This document shows, piece by piece, positions 35,638 through 45,200 of a stretch of 64,000 bases of DNA (position 1 is its first letter; every line of letters begins with the position of its first letter). Location of the stretch: positions 45,171-109,170 of IMG/VR virus record IMGVR_UViG_3300045241_000217, one strand, 5' to 3'. The position numbers were made by a program, and so were the translations under genes. The notes below the pieces were generated by a model that saw nothing but the letters and a program-made list of their open reading frames with translations, had not been told where the DNA came from and made no database searches. This DNA is from a virus.

Positions 35638-35712
35638 CGTGCTACGAATAGTTCGGCCCGCATCGTGTGATGGCGACGCGGACCGATGCCCAACCTGATC
35701 AGAGGTCGAGAC
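35638..35712 (+). promoter_or_regulatory. Conserved HNH leader (copy 3 of 3)
   Basis: CGTGCTACGAATAGTTCGGCCCGC...GCGGACCG...ACCTgatcagAGGT...AGACATG. Confidence 0.6.
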
Positions 35713-36306
35713 ATGGCGAAGCTAGCACGTGCGATCGATGGTCGCGTCGCAGCCAACATGGCGCGCACGCGTCCGCTCGCTGAGCGGTTCAATGAGAAGG
35801 TGGATCGCGGCGGCGGTCCCGACGCCTGCTGGTTGTGGACTGCGCACCGGCACCAAGGCTACGGGGTGATCAAGGTTCTGGGACGACTGCGCAAGGCGCA
35901 CCACGTCGCGTGGGAACTGCACCACGATCAGCCTCTGCCGGCGCTGATGTATCCGCGCTCCAACACCGTCGTCAGGCACTCGTGCGACAACCCTCCGTGC
36001 TGCAATCCGGCGCACCTGCATCGGTCCACGCAAGTCGCGAACATCCGCGACATGAACCGCAAGGGTCGGCGCCGAGGAGGGCCTCAGCCACCGCGCAATC
36101 GCTTCGGAGAGGCGAACCCGTTCTGCCGAGTCTCCGACGCCAACGTCACACTCATCCGACACTCGGCGGAGTGCGCCCGCGTCCTTGCGGAGCGCTACGG
36201 TCTGAGCCGCAGTCACGTCTACAAGATCAAGTGGGGCCTCGCGCGAACCGGTCCACCTCAGCAAGAGGGTGGCGGGGTCGTCACGACATCCCCGCAGACC
36301 GCATAG
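35713..36306 (+). CDS. HNH homing endonuclease
   Basis: RFNEKVDR..CWLWT..YG..AHHVAWE..VRHSCDNPPCCNPAHL...T...N..DM. Confidence 0.9.
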   Translation: MAKLARAIDGRVAANMARTRPLAERFNEKVDRGGGPDACWLWTAHRHQGYGVIKVLGRLRKAHHVAWELHHDQPLPALMYPRSNTVVRHSCDNPPCCNPAHLHRSTQVANIRDMNRKGRRRGGPQPPRNRFGEANPFCRVSDANVTLIRHSAECARVLAERYGLSRSHVYKIKWGLARTGPPQQEGGGVVTTSPQTA

Positions 36307-37049
36307 ACGACCTCGATTGTGTTGTCCGGATCGAGGTTGTCGATCGTGAGCGCCGACGTCGCCATCGTGGCGAACACGAAGGCCCGCACGCTCGCCGCTT
36401 CATCGCTCGCGCTGGTGCTCGCCGGCAGGAGCGAGGTGAGCGGGGTCTGGCCCGGGGTGCTGTTCGTGCCAGACACGACGCCCACGCTCAGGCCGAGCGC
36501 GGTGAGCACCGAGCCGGTCGTGGTGTTGAGCACCTCCACGGACGACGTGCTGCCAGACGTCGGCGAGATCAGTCGGAGCTGGTTGCTCCCGTTGTTGCGC
36601 GCGATCGTCCACGGCACCGTCCCCTGAAGGATCGGGATGAGCACGCCCACGCTGTTGATGCGACCCGTGACCTGCACGAGGCTCTGATCGCCGATCAGGA
36701 ACGGCACCGTCACCACCGTGCCGTCGATCTTGAGATCCAGGTGCTCACCGCCAGCGAAGCCCGTCGGGTAGCTGCCGCCGACGCCGTCCTTGTGCGCCAC
36801 CGTCGCGGCCGCTCCGCCGGGGTTCAGCCGGAACGCGCCACTGGCCTTCACGTACACGAGGCGCGCTTGGGACACGGCGCCGAAGGGCAGGCTCACGCCG
36901 CTCGCGCCAGCGTCGATCGTGAGCGTGCCGCTCTCCGCGTGGTCGAGCGTGTCGAGCAACTGCGTGAAGTCCTCGTCGAACGTGAGGAGCGAGAGACTGT
37001 TGTCCCGCCCGAGCTGCAAGATGATCTCGACGTTGCTGCGGATGCCCAT
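36258..37049 (-). CDS. Hypothetical virion protein
   Basis: Beta-rich; directly downstream of the portal. Confidence 0.6.
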   Translation of the reverse strand: MGIRSNVEIILQLGRDNSLSLLTFDEDFTQLLDTLDHAESGTLTIDAGASGVSLPFGAVSQARLVYVKASGAFRLNPGGAAATVAHKDGVGGSYPTGFAGGEHLDLKIDGTVVTVPFLIGDQSLVQVTGRINSVGVLIPILQGTVPWTIARNNGSNQLRLISPTSGSTSSVEVLNTTTGSVLTALGLSVGVVSGTNSTPGQTPLTSLLPASTSASDEAASVRAFVFATMATSALTIDNLDPDNTIEVVYAVCGDVVTTPPPSC

Positions 37050-37067
37050 GGTGTGTTCCCTCGCGGC

Positions 37068-39059
37068 TCAGGAGAGCCAGTGATCGATGCGGCCGAGACG
37101 GTGGTTCGTGAGGCTCTTGCCGAACGGCGGAGCGCCAGGCTTCTTGGGTGGCCCGCCGAAGGGCGTGGGCTTCTTCTTCGCGGCCGCGCCGGCGCCGAAG
37201 AAGTTCTTGGAGCCGGGTGGAGCTCCACCGGGTTCCGGCTGCTCACCGGCATCGGGCTGTTCTTCGTCGGTTGGCGGAGTGTTCTCGTCGTCGCCCTCGT
37301 CCTCGTCGCCGGACTCGCCCTCACCATCATCGTCACCCTGGCCGTGGCCGGCGCCGAAGAGATCGTCGTACGTGTTCTCGCCCTGTCCCTCGCCCGGGGG
37401 CTGGTTCGGATCACCAGGCGGTGCGCCGGGGGTGCCGGGCATCCCGCCCGCGGCCTGCTGCGCCGCTGCGTCGGCTGCCGCTTGCTGGGCCTGCGCCCAC
37501 TGGATCCAGTTCGAGTCGAGGATGACGTCGCCGAGCTTGCCCTCCAGCGGCGGGAGATCCTCCTCGGCGCGCGCCTCGTTCACGGTCATCGTGCTCTTCA
37601 CGCGAGCCTGACGGCCCTCGCGCTCTTCCTTCTCGCTCTCGGCGTCGTAGCCGCCCCACACGAACTCGAAGTCCGGGTTGAGCCCCTGGATGATGTGGCG
37701 GTTGAAGTAGTCCGCCGAGTGATCGAGGAGCGGGAGCAGGCCCTTGTCCTTGCTCTCCTTCACTTCCTCTTCGTTCGGTCGTGACTGCCCCATCGAGGAC
37801 GTCTGGCCGCTGTTGCCGAAGATGAAGTTGATCTCCGTCGGGTCCACGCCGTAGAGCGCGGTGGTCAGCTTGCACAGCCAGTCCATCCAGGCTCCGAACT
37901 CCATGTCCTTGTTGCCCATCTGCATGGGCACCCACTGGAGATCCTCGGAGTTGACGATCGGCGTCTTCCACGCGTTCGCGTTGCCGGCGACCATCGTGTA
38001 CCACATGCGGCGGAACGCTCGGAGCTGACGGTCTGGGATCGCGCCCTTGATGTTGATCAGGCCCTTGATGCTCGCGCCGTTGCGGAAGTAGTTCGAGTTG
38101 TGCTGGAAGCCCCACAGCCACGCGGTGACGAGCGAGACCATCTGCTCGAGCGGTGAGAGCCCGAAGCCGTTCACGCGAATGTCGCTGCGCGGGTTCATCA
38201 CGCCCCACGCGAGCTCGTCGCTGGAGAACTCGGCGATCACCGTCTGCTCGTAGACCTGGACGTACGCGATGCGCGAGCGAAGCTCCTCTGGATCCATGTG
38301 CTCGATGTCCGACACCGCCGGTCGGATCGTCTCGCTCGGCAGCATCACGAAGCGCGACGGCTTGCCGCCTCGATCGCGGATGAGCTCCACCGCGGCCTGG
38401 TCGTACGTGAGCGTGTCGCGCACGAACTTCTTGCACAGCGTGCGGAACGAGTCGCGATCGCGCGGGAACTCGCTGGGCAAGAGCGCGCCCGTCGTCTCCA
38501 AGTAGCGCTCGATGGCCTCGGCCTCGCGCTGCTCGACGGGGCTCATGCCCTTCTTCGACTTCTGACGATCCCGGTGCGCGATCTTGAAGCCACGGTCGAA
38601 CTTCGTCTTCTGCGGCGTGCAGAAGGACGCGACCTGGTTGATCCGCAGGTTGATGATCGCCCCCACCACGGGGTTCGTGATGCTCATCGTGCGCAGCGTG
38701 TCGTACGTCAGTGCCGAGGGGCGGTTGCGCCAGCCGCCCCAGTCCACCGCCGAGTAGGGGTCGTGGAACATTGCGCGCGGCTTGTCGGTCGTGGGCTCGA
38801 CGATCTGTAGCGGGGCTTGTCCGGCGAGCTGCATCCCCGTGCCTGGTTGCTGCTGACCCTGCTGCGGCGGAGGGAAGCCGCCGCGCTGCGGCTCGCGCAT
38901 GCCGCGCCGCTCGAGCAACGCGTTCATGTCCTGCTCGGACACGTCGTCGTCGGGCCCGGGACCGTCCTCGTCGTCGGCGGAGTCGTCCTCCTCGTCGTCG
39001 AGCCCCGGTGGCCGCCCGGCCTTGATCAGCCGGGCCCGTAGTTCTTCGCGCCAGCCCAT
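37068..39059 (-). CDS. Portal protein
   Basis: AIINLR.NQV..F, RD.LTYDQ, G.SPLE, N.NYF.NG...KG.I.I, DMEF..W...L, SKDKGL.PLL, TVNEAR...LPP; acidic extensions at both ends. Confidence 0.93.
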   Translation of the reverse strand: MGWREELRARLIKAGRPPGLDDEEDDSADDEDGPGPDDDVSEQDMNALLERRGMREPQRGGFPPPQQGQQQPGTGMQLAGQAPLQIVEPTTDKPRAMFHDPYSAVDWGGWRNRPSALTYDTLRTMSITNPVVGAIINLRINQVASFCTPQKTKFDRGFKIAHRDRQKSKKGMSPVEQREAEAIERYLETTGALLPSEFPRDRDSFRTLCKKFVRDTLTYDQAAVELIRDRGGKPSRFVMLPSETIRPAVSDIEHMDPEELRSRIAYVQVYEQTVIAEFSSDELAWGVMNPRSDIRVNGFGLSPLEQMVSLVTAWLWGFQHNSNYFRNGASIKGLINIKGAIPDRQLRAFRRMWYTMVAGNANAWKTPIVNSEDLQWVPMQMGNKDMEFGAWMDWLCKLTTALYGVDPTEINFIFGNSGQTSSMGQSRPNEEEVKESKDKGLLPLLDHSADYFNRHIIQGLNPDFEFVWGGYDAESEKEEREGRQARVKSTMTVNEARAEEDLPPLEGKLGDVILDSNWIQWAQAQQAAADAAAQQAAGGMPGTPGAPPGDPNQPPGEGQGENTYDDLFGAGHGQGDDDGEGESGDEDEGDDENTPPTDEEQPDAGEQPEPGGAPPGSKNFFGAGAAAKKKPTPFGGPPKKPGAPPFGKSLTNHRLGRIDHWLS

Positions 39060-39065
39060 CGGGGA

Positions 39066-41852
39066 TCAGCCGGGAGCGTTGCAGGTGCAGGGCAGCATGC
39101 CGTGGTTGAGCATCTGCGCCTTGTGGATGTCGCGCCCGTCGTGGATGGGACACGATCCGATCGGCGCCCGGTCCGGCACTCCCGAGAGGCCCTCGCCCCA
39201 CTGCGCGTGCGCCGCGCGTCGGTGAGCGGCCGCGAGGAGCTCGTGCGGGTCCTGCGCGTCCTCGCTCTTCACCATGTCGCCCGCGGGCTGCTCGACGGGT
39301 CCGCGGACCGTGAGGCCCGGGACGGCGAAGATGTCGTGCGCGAGGAACGGCGTGGTTGGGTGCGAATAGGCGAAGCCCTCTCGCGCGAGCAGGCCAGCGC
39401 CCATCGCGCCCAGGCCGTCGTCGGTGAAGTCGCTGTCGGCGCGGGGCTTGTAGTACCCCTTCTCCACCAGGAGCTTCTCGACCGTCACGGTGGTGACCGA
39501 GAACTTCTTGCACGCGCGGAGCAGGTTCCCGTTGTAGGGGATCATCTCGACGAGCGCGTGCATCACACTCTGCGCCATCGTCTTCACCTGGTCGTGAGCG
39601 TCGAGCTTGCTGTGCTGGACCTCGGTGGACTCCGCCTCGTACGCCTGCTCGATGAAGCCGCAGAGGTAGTCGTAGAGGAGATCGTCGGGCACCGCGTGAG
39701 TCGAGCCCTCGGTGGGAAGCCGGTAGGCGTACAGACCCTTCTTGAGGGGGCGGCCGGCGGTGTCGGTGATCGTCTCGATGTGCATGCTCTTGTCGATGTC
39801 CACGTCTACTGCCTTCTGCCGATGTTTCGCGGCGTCTTCGCGGTGGGCCTTCGCGCTCGGGCCGTTGCCGATCTTCTCGTGGGCCTTCGCCGCGAACTCG
39901 TGCGTCTGCGCTGCGTAGCGATGACCGCCCGGGGTCTTCTTCGCGTTGGCCACGTCGTCGCCGGCGTACGCAGCCTCGCTCCAGTGCCCAGCGGACATCT
40001 CGTGATCGCCGTGCTTCGCGTGGAAGTTGGCCGCCGCCTTGTGGGCGGAGTGCTTCTCGTCGGGCGTGCTCGCCGCTTCGATCCGCGGACCGATCTCGCG
40101 GAACTCGGCGTTCTTCCGCGCGGTGACTTCCGCGGGATGGAGCGGAGCGGAGCCGCCCGGATACGAGGAGGCCTTGATGTTGGCGCTCGCGTGCGACTGC
40201 GCGTCGCGAGCGCCGTCGCCGGCCGCTTCAGCGTGCGCCGCGTGGAGAGCCTTGGCGGTGACCGGCTCACCGTCGGCGTGCATCTGGTCGGCGGTCGCAC
40301 GCACGGCCGCGATGTCCGCTGGATGCGTGAGGCCGAGTTTCTTCGCCGCGAGTGCGACCGCTTGCTCGTGACCGTCCCCAGTGACGGACCTCGACTCCAT
40401 CGAGTGTTCCGTTGCGCGGACCCCGTGCTGCTTCGCCTCCCCCTCGTGAAAGCGCTTCGCGTCCTCGGAGCGCGCAGCGGCCGCACGCTCGCTGTGCATG
40501 TTCGCCGCTCCACGGTGCGCATCCATCGCGAGCCGATGCTGGTTCGGATCGCGGCTCTCGTCGGCGCGCTTCGAGAACACCTCGGCGTGCTTGCTGGCCC
40601 CCATGGTGTTCGCGTAGCTGGGGGGCTTCGGCTTCTTGGCCTTGATCGCCGCCGTCTCTGCATTGAGACGCGCCGTGTGTGCCTTCGTTCGCTCCTTCGC
40701 GGAGCTCGCCTCGCGCGACTTGGCGCTCGGGTCGGATGCGGCGTCTTGCAGCGCGTCCTTGTGCATCGCGTGCACGTGCTCGTCGTTCCCCCACCCGGGG
40801 TTCTGGTGCATGTGGACACCGCCGCCGGCGTGCGCGTACGCCTTGCCGTGCTCGGTCTCCATCGTCCCCTGCTCGTTGCCACGGACGGCGACCGTGTGGT
40901 GCTCGCCGGTCTTCGGGTGCGCGTACACGTAGTCGAAGCCGTGCCCATTCGCCTTCTTGCTGAGGTACTTGTGACCCGCGCTCTTCGCGAACGGCTCGAG
41001 GCTCTTCACCAGCGCGTCGAGATCCGAGAGCGCGTCGTGGCTCTTCACGGCCTCGCTCGCTCGCGCCTCGACTGCTCGGGGCCGACTAGCGAGCGGAGCT
41101 CCCTGCGGCGCGGCGGGTGCCACGGGCTTGCTCACCGGCTTGGCTGCTCGCGGCCGCGCGACGGGGGCATCTTCACCGTCGTCGGCAGCGGGTGCGGAGA
41201 GGGACGCGATCGTGCGTTCCGCGTCCTCCATCATCGCCGCCATCGAGGCCTCGAAGTCGATCCAGCCACCGGCGCCGCCGCCGCGCTGGCTCATCTTCGC
41301 CGCCTGCCCTGGCTTGGGGGCCTCCACCTCGTGCGCGGTCTCGGTGATGGGCTTCACCGGCTCGGGCTCGTCGTCCGCGTTGGGGCGTCCGAAGTCCCCG
41401 CCGTAGAACGCTGCGAGCTGGTTCGCGAACGGCAGAGCGCGCGTCATCTTGCCGAAGGGCTGGCCCGCGGGCTGGGCGTTCGAGCGGCCCTGCGGCACGC
41501 TCGCGGCGTTGCTGCCCTCGAACGGGTCGTCTCCCTGGATCCCCGGCTCGTACGGGCGCCCGGTGCCGTCGCCGGTGCCATCGGGCTGGCGGTCGTCGTA
41601 CTTGCCGTGCATCGGCGTGGCTGCCGAGCGGCCGCCGAAGTGCGCGTCGGCGGGGTTGTCGCGGTCCGCCCACTCGGCCTTCGCGAGGAACTCGTCCTTC
41701 ACGATCGCGTGCCCGAAGTGCGCCTCGAAGTCGATGAACTTCCCGCTCTTGGGATCGCCGACGAAGTTCGAGGGCGAGAAGTTTCCGGGGGGCAGCGCCA
41801 CGCCGCGAGGGCCACGGGGCGTGATGATGTTGGGATCGCGGGGGGCGTTCAT
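39066..41852 (-). CDS. Large putative head-cargo protein (928 aa)
   Basis: GAGG RBS; modular, with KA/KS sites, an HKY..K...Y.Y module and His/Ala helical repeats. Confidence 0.7.
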   Translation of the reverse strand: MNAPRDPNIITPRGPRGVALPPGNFSPSNFVGDPKSGKFIDFEAHFGHAIVKDEFLAKAEWADRDNPADAHFGGRSAATPMHGKYDDRQPDGTGDGTGRPYEPGIQGDDPFEGSNAASVPQGRSNAQPAGQPFGKMTRALPFANQLAAFYGGDFGRPNADDEPEPVKPITETAHEVEAPKPGQAAKMSQRGGGAGGWIDFEASMAAMMEDAERTIASLSAPAADDGEDAPVARPRAAKPVSKPVAPAAPQGAPLASRPRAVEARASEAVKSHDALSDLDALVKSLEPFAKSAGHKYLSKKANGHGFDYVYAHPKTGEHHTVAVRGNEQGTMETEHGKAYAHAGGGVHMHQNPGWGNDEHVHAMHKDALQDAASDPSAKSREASSAKERTKAHTARLNAETAAIKAKKPKPPSYANTMGASKHAEVFSKRADESRDPNQHRLAMDAHRGAANMHSERAAAARSEDAKRFHEGEAKQHGVRATEHSMESRSVTGDGHEQAVALAAKKLGLTHPADIAAVRATADQMHADGEPVTAKALHAAHAEAAGDGARDAQSHASANIKASSYPGGSAPLHPAEVTARKNAEFREIGPRIEAASTPDEKHSAHKAAANFHAKHGDHEMSAGHWSEAAYAGDDVANAKKTPGGHRYAAQTHEFAAKAHEKIGNGPSAKAHREDAAKHRQKAVDVDIDKSMHIETITDTAGRPLKKGLYAYRLPTEGSTHAVPDDLLYDYLCGFIEQAYEAESTEVQHSKLDAHDQVKTMAQSVMHALVEMIPYNGNLLRACKKFSVTTVTVEKLLVEKGYYKPRADSDFTDDGLGAMGAGLLAREGFAYSHPTTPFLAHDIFAVPGLTVRGPVEQPAGDMVKSEDAQDPHELLAAAHRRAAHAQWGEGLSGVPDRAPIGSCPIHDGRDIHKAQMLNHGMLPCTCNAPG

Positions 41853-41999
41853 GCGCTCGACCTCTTCGCGCCGACTGTAACGCGTCAGGGAGAAGAGCGC
41901 GACCGATGCGCTTGGGCTACCACTCCAGCGCGCGTCGCCGAAAGGCGAGACCGTGCCGCAACGCGCGGCGGCTTAGGCCCGATCACCGGGAGGGCCCGG

Positions 42000-42248
42000 T
42001 TAGGAGAGTACGGCCCAGAGCCCCGCGCACACCACGCTGACGGCGAGCGCGAAGGCCACGGCCACGAGGTGCACGTCGGCCGCCGTCCCGTGGCGATGCT
42101 CGCGGTTGTACCAGCGAACACGTGAGATCCACTCCTGCGTCGCCAGCCGTTGCCGAAGCTTCCGTCGCGTCCCTTTGCGCGTCCTGCCGAGGATGACTCG
42201 ACGCTGGTACGGGAGCAGGAAGATGATGCGCGACCGGCCCTCGATCAT
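42000..42248 (-). CDS. Small basic membrane protein
   Basis: Start overlaps the upstream stop codon; C-terminal TM. Confidence 0.4.
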   Translation of the reverse strand: MIEGRSRIIFLLPYQRRVILGRTRKGTRRKLRQRLATQEWISRVRWYNREHRHGTAADVHLVAVAFALAVSVVCAGLWAVLS

Positions 42249-45200
42249 CAGCCGAACATGCTCCGCTGCTGCGTGTCCTCTCCGCCCTTGAGCGCTGCGG
42301 TGATCGTCGCGCGCAGCACGTCGCCCGGGCTCTTGCTCTCGCCGAACATGCTCGACTGCCCCTCGGGGTTCTGGCCCGCACGCTTCACGTAGTCACGCCA
42401 CACTGCCGCCTGCTGCTGCGGGCCCGGCTTGCGGATGAGGAGCTCCAGGAGCGCCGTGGCGCTCTCGTTGCCGGCCACGGGGTGACGGTCCCCGAACAGG
42501 TCGTCGAAGTAGTTGAAGAGCCGCTTGAACTGCGCGTCGGGCATCTTCGGATCCATGGCTCCGATCGCTCCGCTCTCCACCCGGTTCTGGAGGCTGTTGT
42601 AGGCCGAGAGCGCCACCGCGAGATCGCTGCCCACGTCGTAGCCGGCGCCGTAGGCCTTGGCCTGCACCATGTACGGCACGCTGCTCGCGATGTTGCCGAC
42701 GAGCTTGGGGCCCGTGTTGCTCAGGATGTCCGCGTCTCCGACGAGGCGACCGACGAGGATGCGCTCGACGAGCACGCGCCCGTCCTCGTTCAGGAGCTTG
42801 GTGCCCTTCTTGAGGTACTGGCTGCTGTTCCGCTGATCGATGATGCCGTTGCGCATGAGCGCGTTCACGAAGCGCTCGCTCCGCGGACTGCCCAGGAAGT
42901 TGGCGAGCGTCTCGTCGCCCTGCATGTCGTTGCCGAGAGAGCCCAGCGTCTGATCGTCGAGCTTGCGGCCGAGCGCGACCTGCATCGTGCGTGGGTCCAT
43001 CGCCTGCGTGAACGACTCGTTGAGTTGACGCACGAGCAGCCGCTGCGCATCCGCCGAGCGGTCCTCGGGATCGATCTCGCGCACGAGCACCGGGCGCTCG
43101 AGGGCGCCGACGTCCTCGGGGCGGAAGCCGAACTCGTGCGCGTGCTCGGCCAGGTACGTCGCGAGCGCGCGACCCTTCTCCTCGTGCTTCTCGTACGCGA
43201 CCTGCATGGACATCGTGCGCGAGTTGCCGCCCAGCGCGATCACACCGTCGCCGTGCGACATGACGACCGGCGGTCCGTTCACCGCGTCGGGGTTGGTGTT
43301 CGCGACGAAGGCCGGGTTGAGCGCCTGCGCGTTGCGCACGACCTTGCCCTGTTCGGCCTGGTCTCGGTGGTACGCGCGTTCCTGGATGTTCTCCGGGTAG
43401 TCCTCGCGCTTGCGGAAGCTCTTGAGCGGATCGTGGCTCGCGATGATCTCGCCAGCCTCCATGAGCCGGTAGCGCGCGCGCACGGCCTTCGGCTGCCCGT
43501 TGTCGCCCGCGACGTACACGTGCGTCTCGCCGCCGATTCGCTTCGGCTCCGGGGACGGGATGACGCTCGCCACCTCGACCATCGCGTCCCGCGCTTGCTC
43601 GGCCACGCGATCGCGCAGGCCGGGAAACGCCGTGGTGAGCATGTTGAGCTGCTGGATGGCCGTGCTTGAGAGCGCGGTGGCCAGCGCCTCGGCCGAGAAC
43701 GACTCGTTGCCGCCGCCGCGAGCCTTCGCGAGGAGCGCCGAGAGTGCCGCGAGCTCGCGCTCCGCGTTGCGTGCGATGGTCGCGACGCGCGCCGAGAAGT
43801 CGTCTTCGGCGGAGCCCGAGCGCCGCATCTCGACGACGGTGCCGACGTGCGCGGCCGTGACGTGCTGCCCGCCCGCGACGTTCTCGGCTGCCGCCACGAT
43901 CTCGTGGAACGAGCGCTGGTCGGTGCGCTTCGTGAGCACGCTGCCCACGACGGCCGCGCGCGCCTCGGGCTCCCAGCCGCGCCGCTCAAGCGCGTGCGCG
44001 AGGATCTCCTTGGCGCGCCACGGGTTCACGCCGGCGCGGTTGAACGCCTTCTGGAGCTTCGCGTAGACGGCCGGCACTCGCTTCTGGAGTGCCTCGAAGC
44101 GCTCTTCGTCCGTGTCGCCCGGGAGATCGTGGAGCATCTCGATCGGCACGTGCTTGAGCACGGCGTTCACGCTCTGCTCGGCGCGCTTCTCCGCCCACGC
44201 GTGGAACTTCTCGCCGTACGTGCCGGCCAGCATCGAGGCCCACTCGTCGGGCTTCACGCTCTTGCGCTCTCCGTTGATCTCCATGTGGATCACGCCGTCG
44301 CTGCCGACGTCGAGCACGTGCACGGTGCGCTCGTGATCGAGCTTCACCTCTTCGCCGGACGTCGCGTCTCGCGCGATCGAGCTCTCTCGGTAGAAGTACC
44401 TCCACGGGCGCTTCGGGTTCCCGGTGGGCACGCGGCGGATGTACTTGTGGCCGCCGGCTGCCTTGTAGAGCGCCTCCATGCTCTTCTGGAGGCTGTCCTC
44501 GTCGAGCGGGATGTAGAAGAGCGACTTGCTGACGCTTGGGTCCTTGAACGCGAACCGCGTCGGCTCCTCCTCCTCTTCGTCGTCCTCCTCTTCGTCGTCG
44601 GATCCGTCGTCGGGCGTGCCCACCTCGTCGTCATCTTCGCCATCGGCGCCGTCGCCGAGCTCCTGGTCATCCATCTCGACCGGGCGAGCGGGGATGCCGC
44701 GCTCTCGCTGCGTGCGATCGGTGGCGCCGTCCACCTCGACCTGCGCTCGATCGTCGAGCAGTCGCGGGCGCGGTCGCAGCGTCTGCGGCGCGAGCAGGTC
44801 GTTGTCTCGGTCGGCCGATCGCGGCACACGCCCCGCGTCGGTCTGCGCGTTCACGGGCGAGCCGTCTTTCGATCCGCCGTGCGTCGCGGCCTCGCTGCCA
44901 GCCTTGTAGCGATCGAGCACCTGGTCGGCCGTAAGCATCGGCTCGCGATCACCAGGCGTCGCCTCCTCGCCCATGATCGAGGGTCGCAGCGTCGGCACGT
45001 AGTAGAGCGTCGGGTCCAGCGGGATGGCCACCGTGCCACCGAGGAACCCGAAGTTCCCGCTCGCGCGATCGGCGTCGGCCTTGCGTCGGTTCGCCAGCGC
45101 CTCGGCCTCGCGCTGCCGGTTCTCGTCGTCGGGTGGCTGGCGGAAGATCGACTGGTAGTCCGGCATGGGCGGCGTGCTCGTGACGGGTGCGGCTCCGCCC

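Noticed and set aside
39102-42125. Long plus-strand ORFs (also 6486-8885, 26479-28002, 35835-37784, 45431-47176)
   Set aside because: Antisense shadows of real minus-strand genes, expected in high-GC DNA.
44750-44800. Self-target of tract 2 (TLRPRPRLLDD resembles YVRPRRLL[DE])
   Set aside because: Only a partial resemblance needing an indel, and the flanks do not match. No convincing in-window target was seen by eye.
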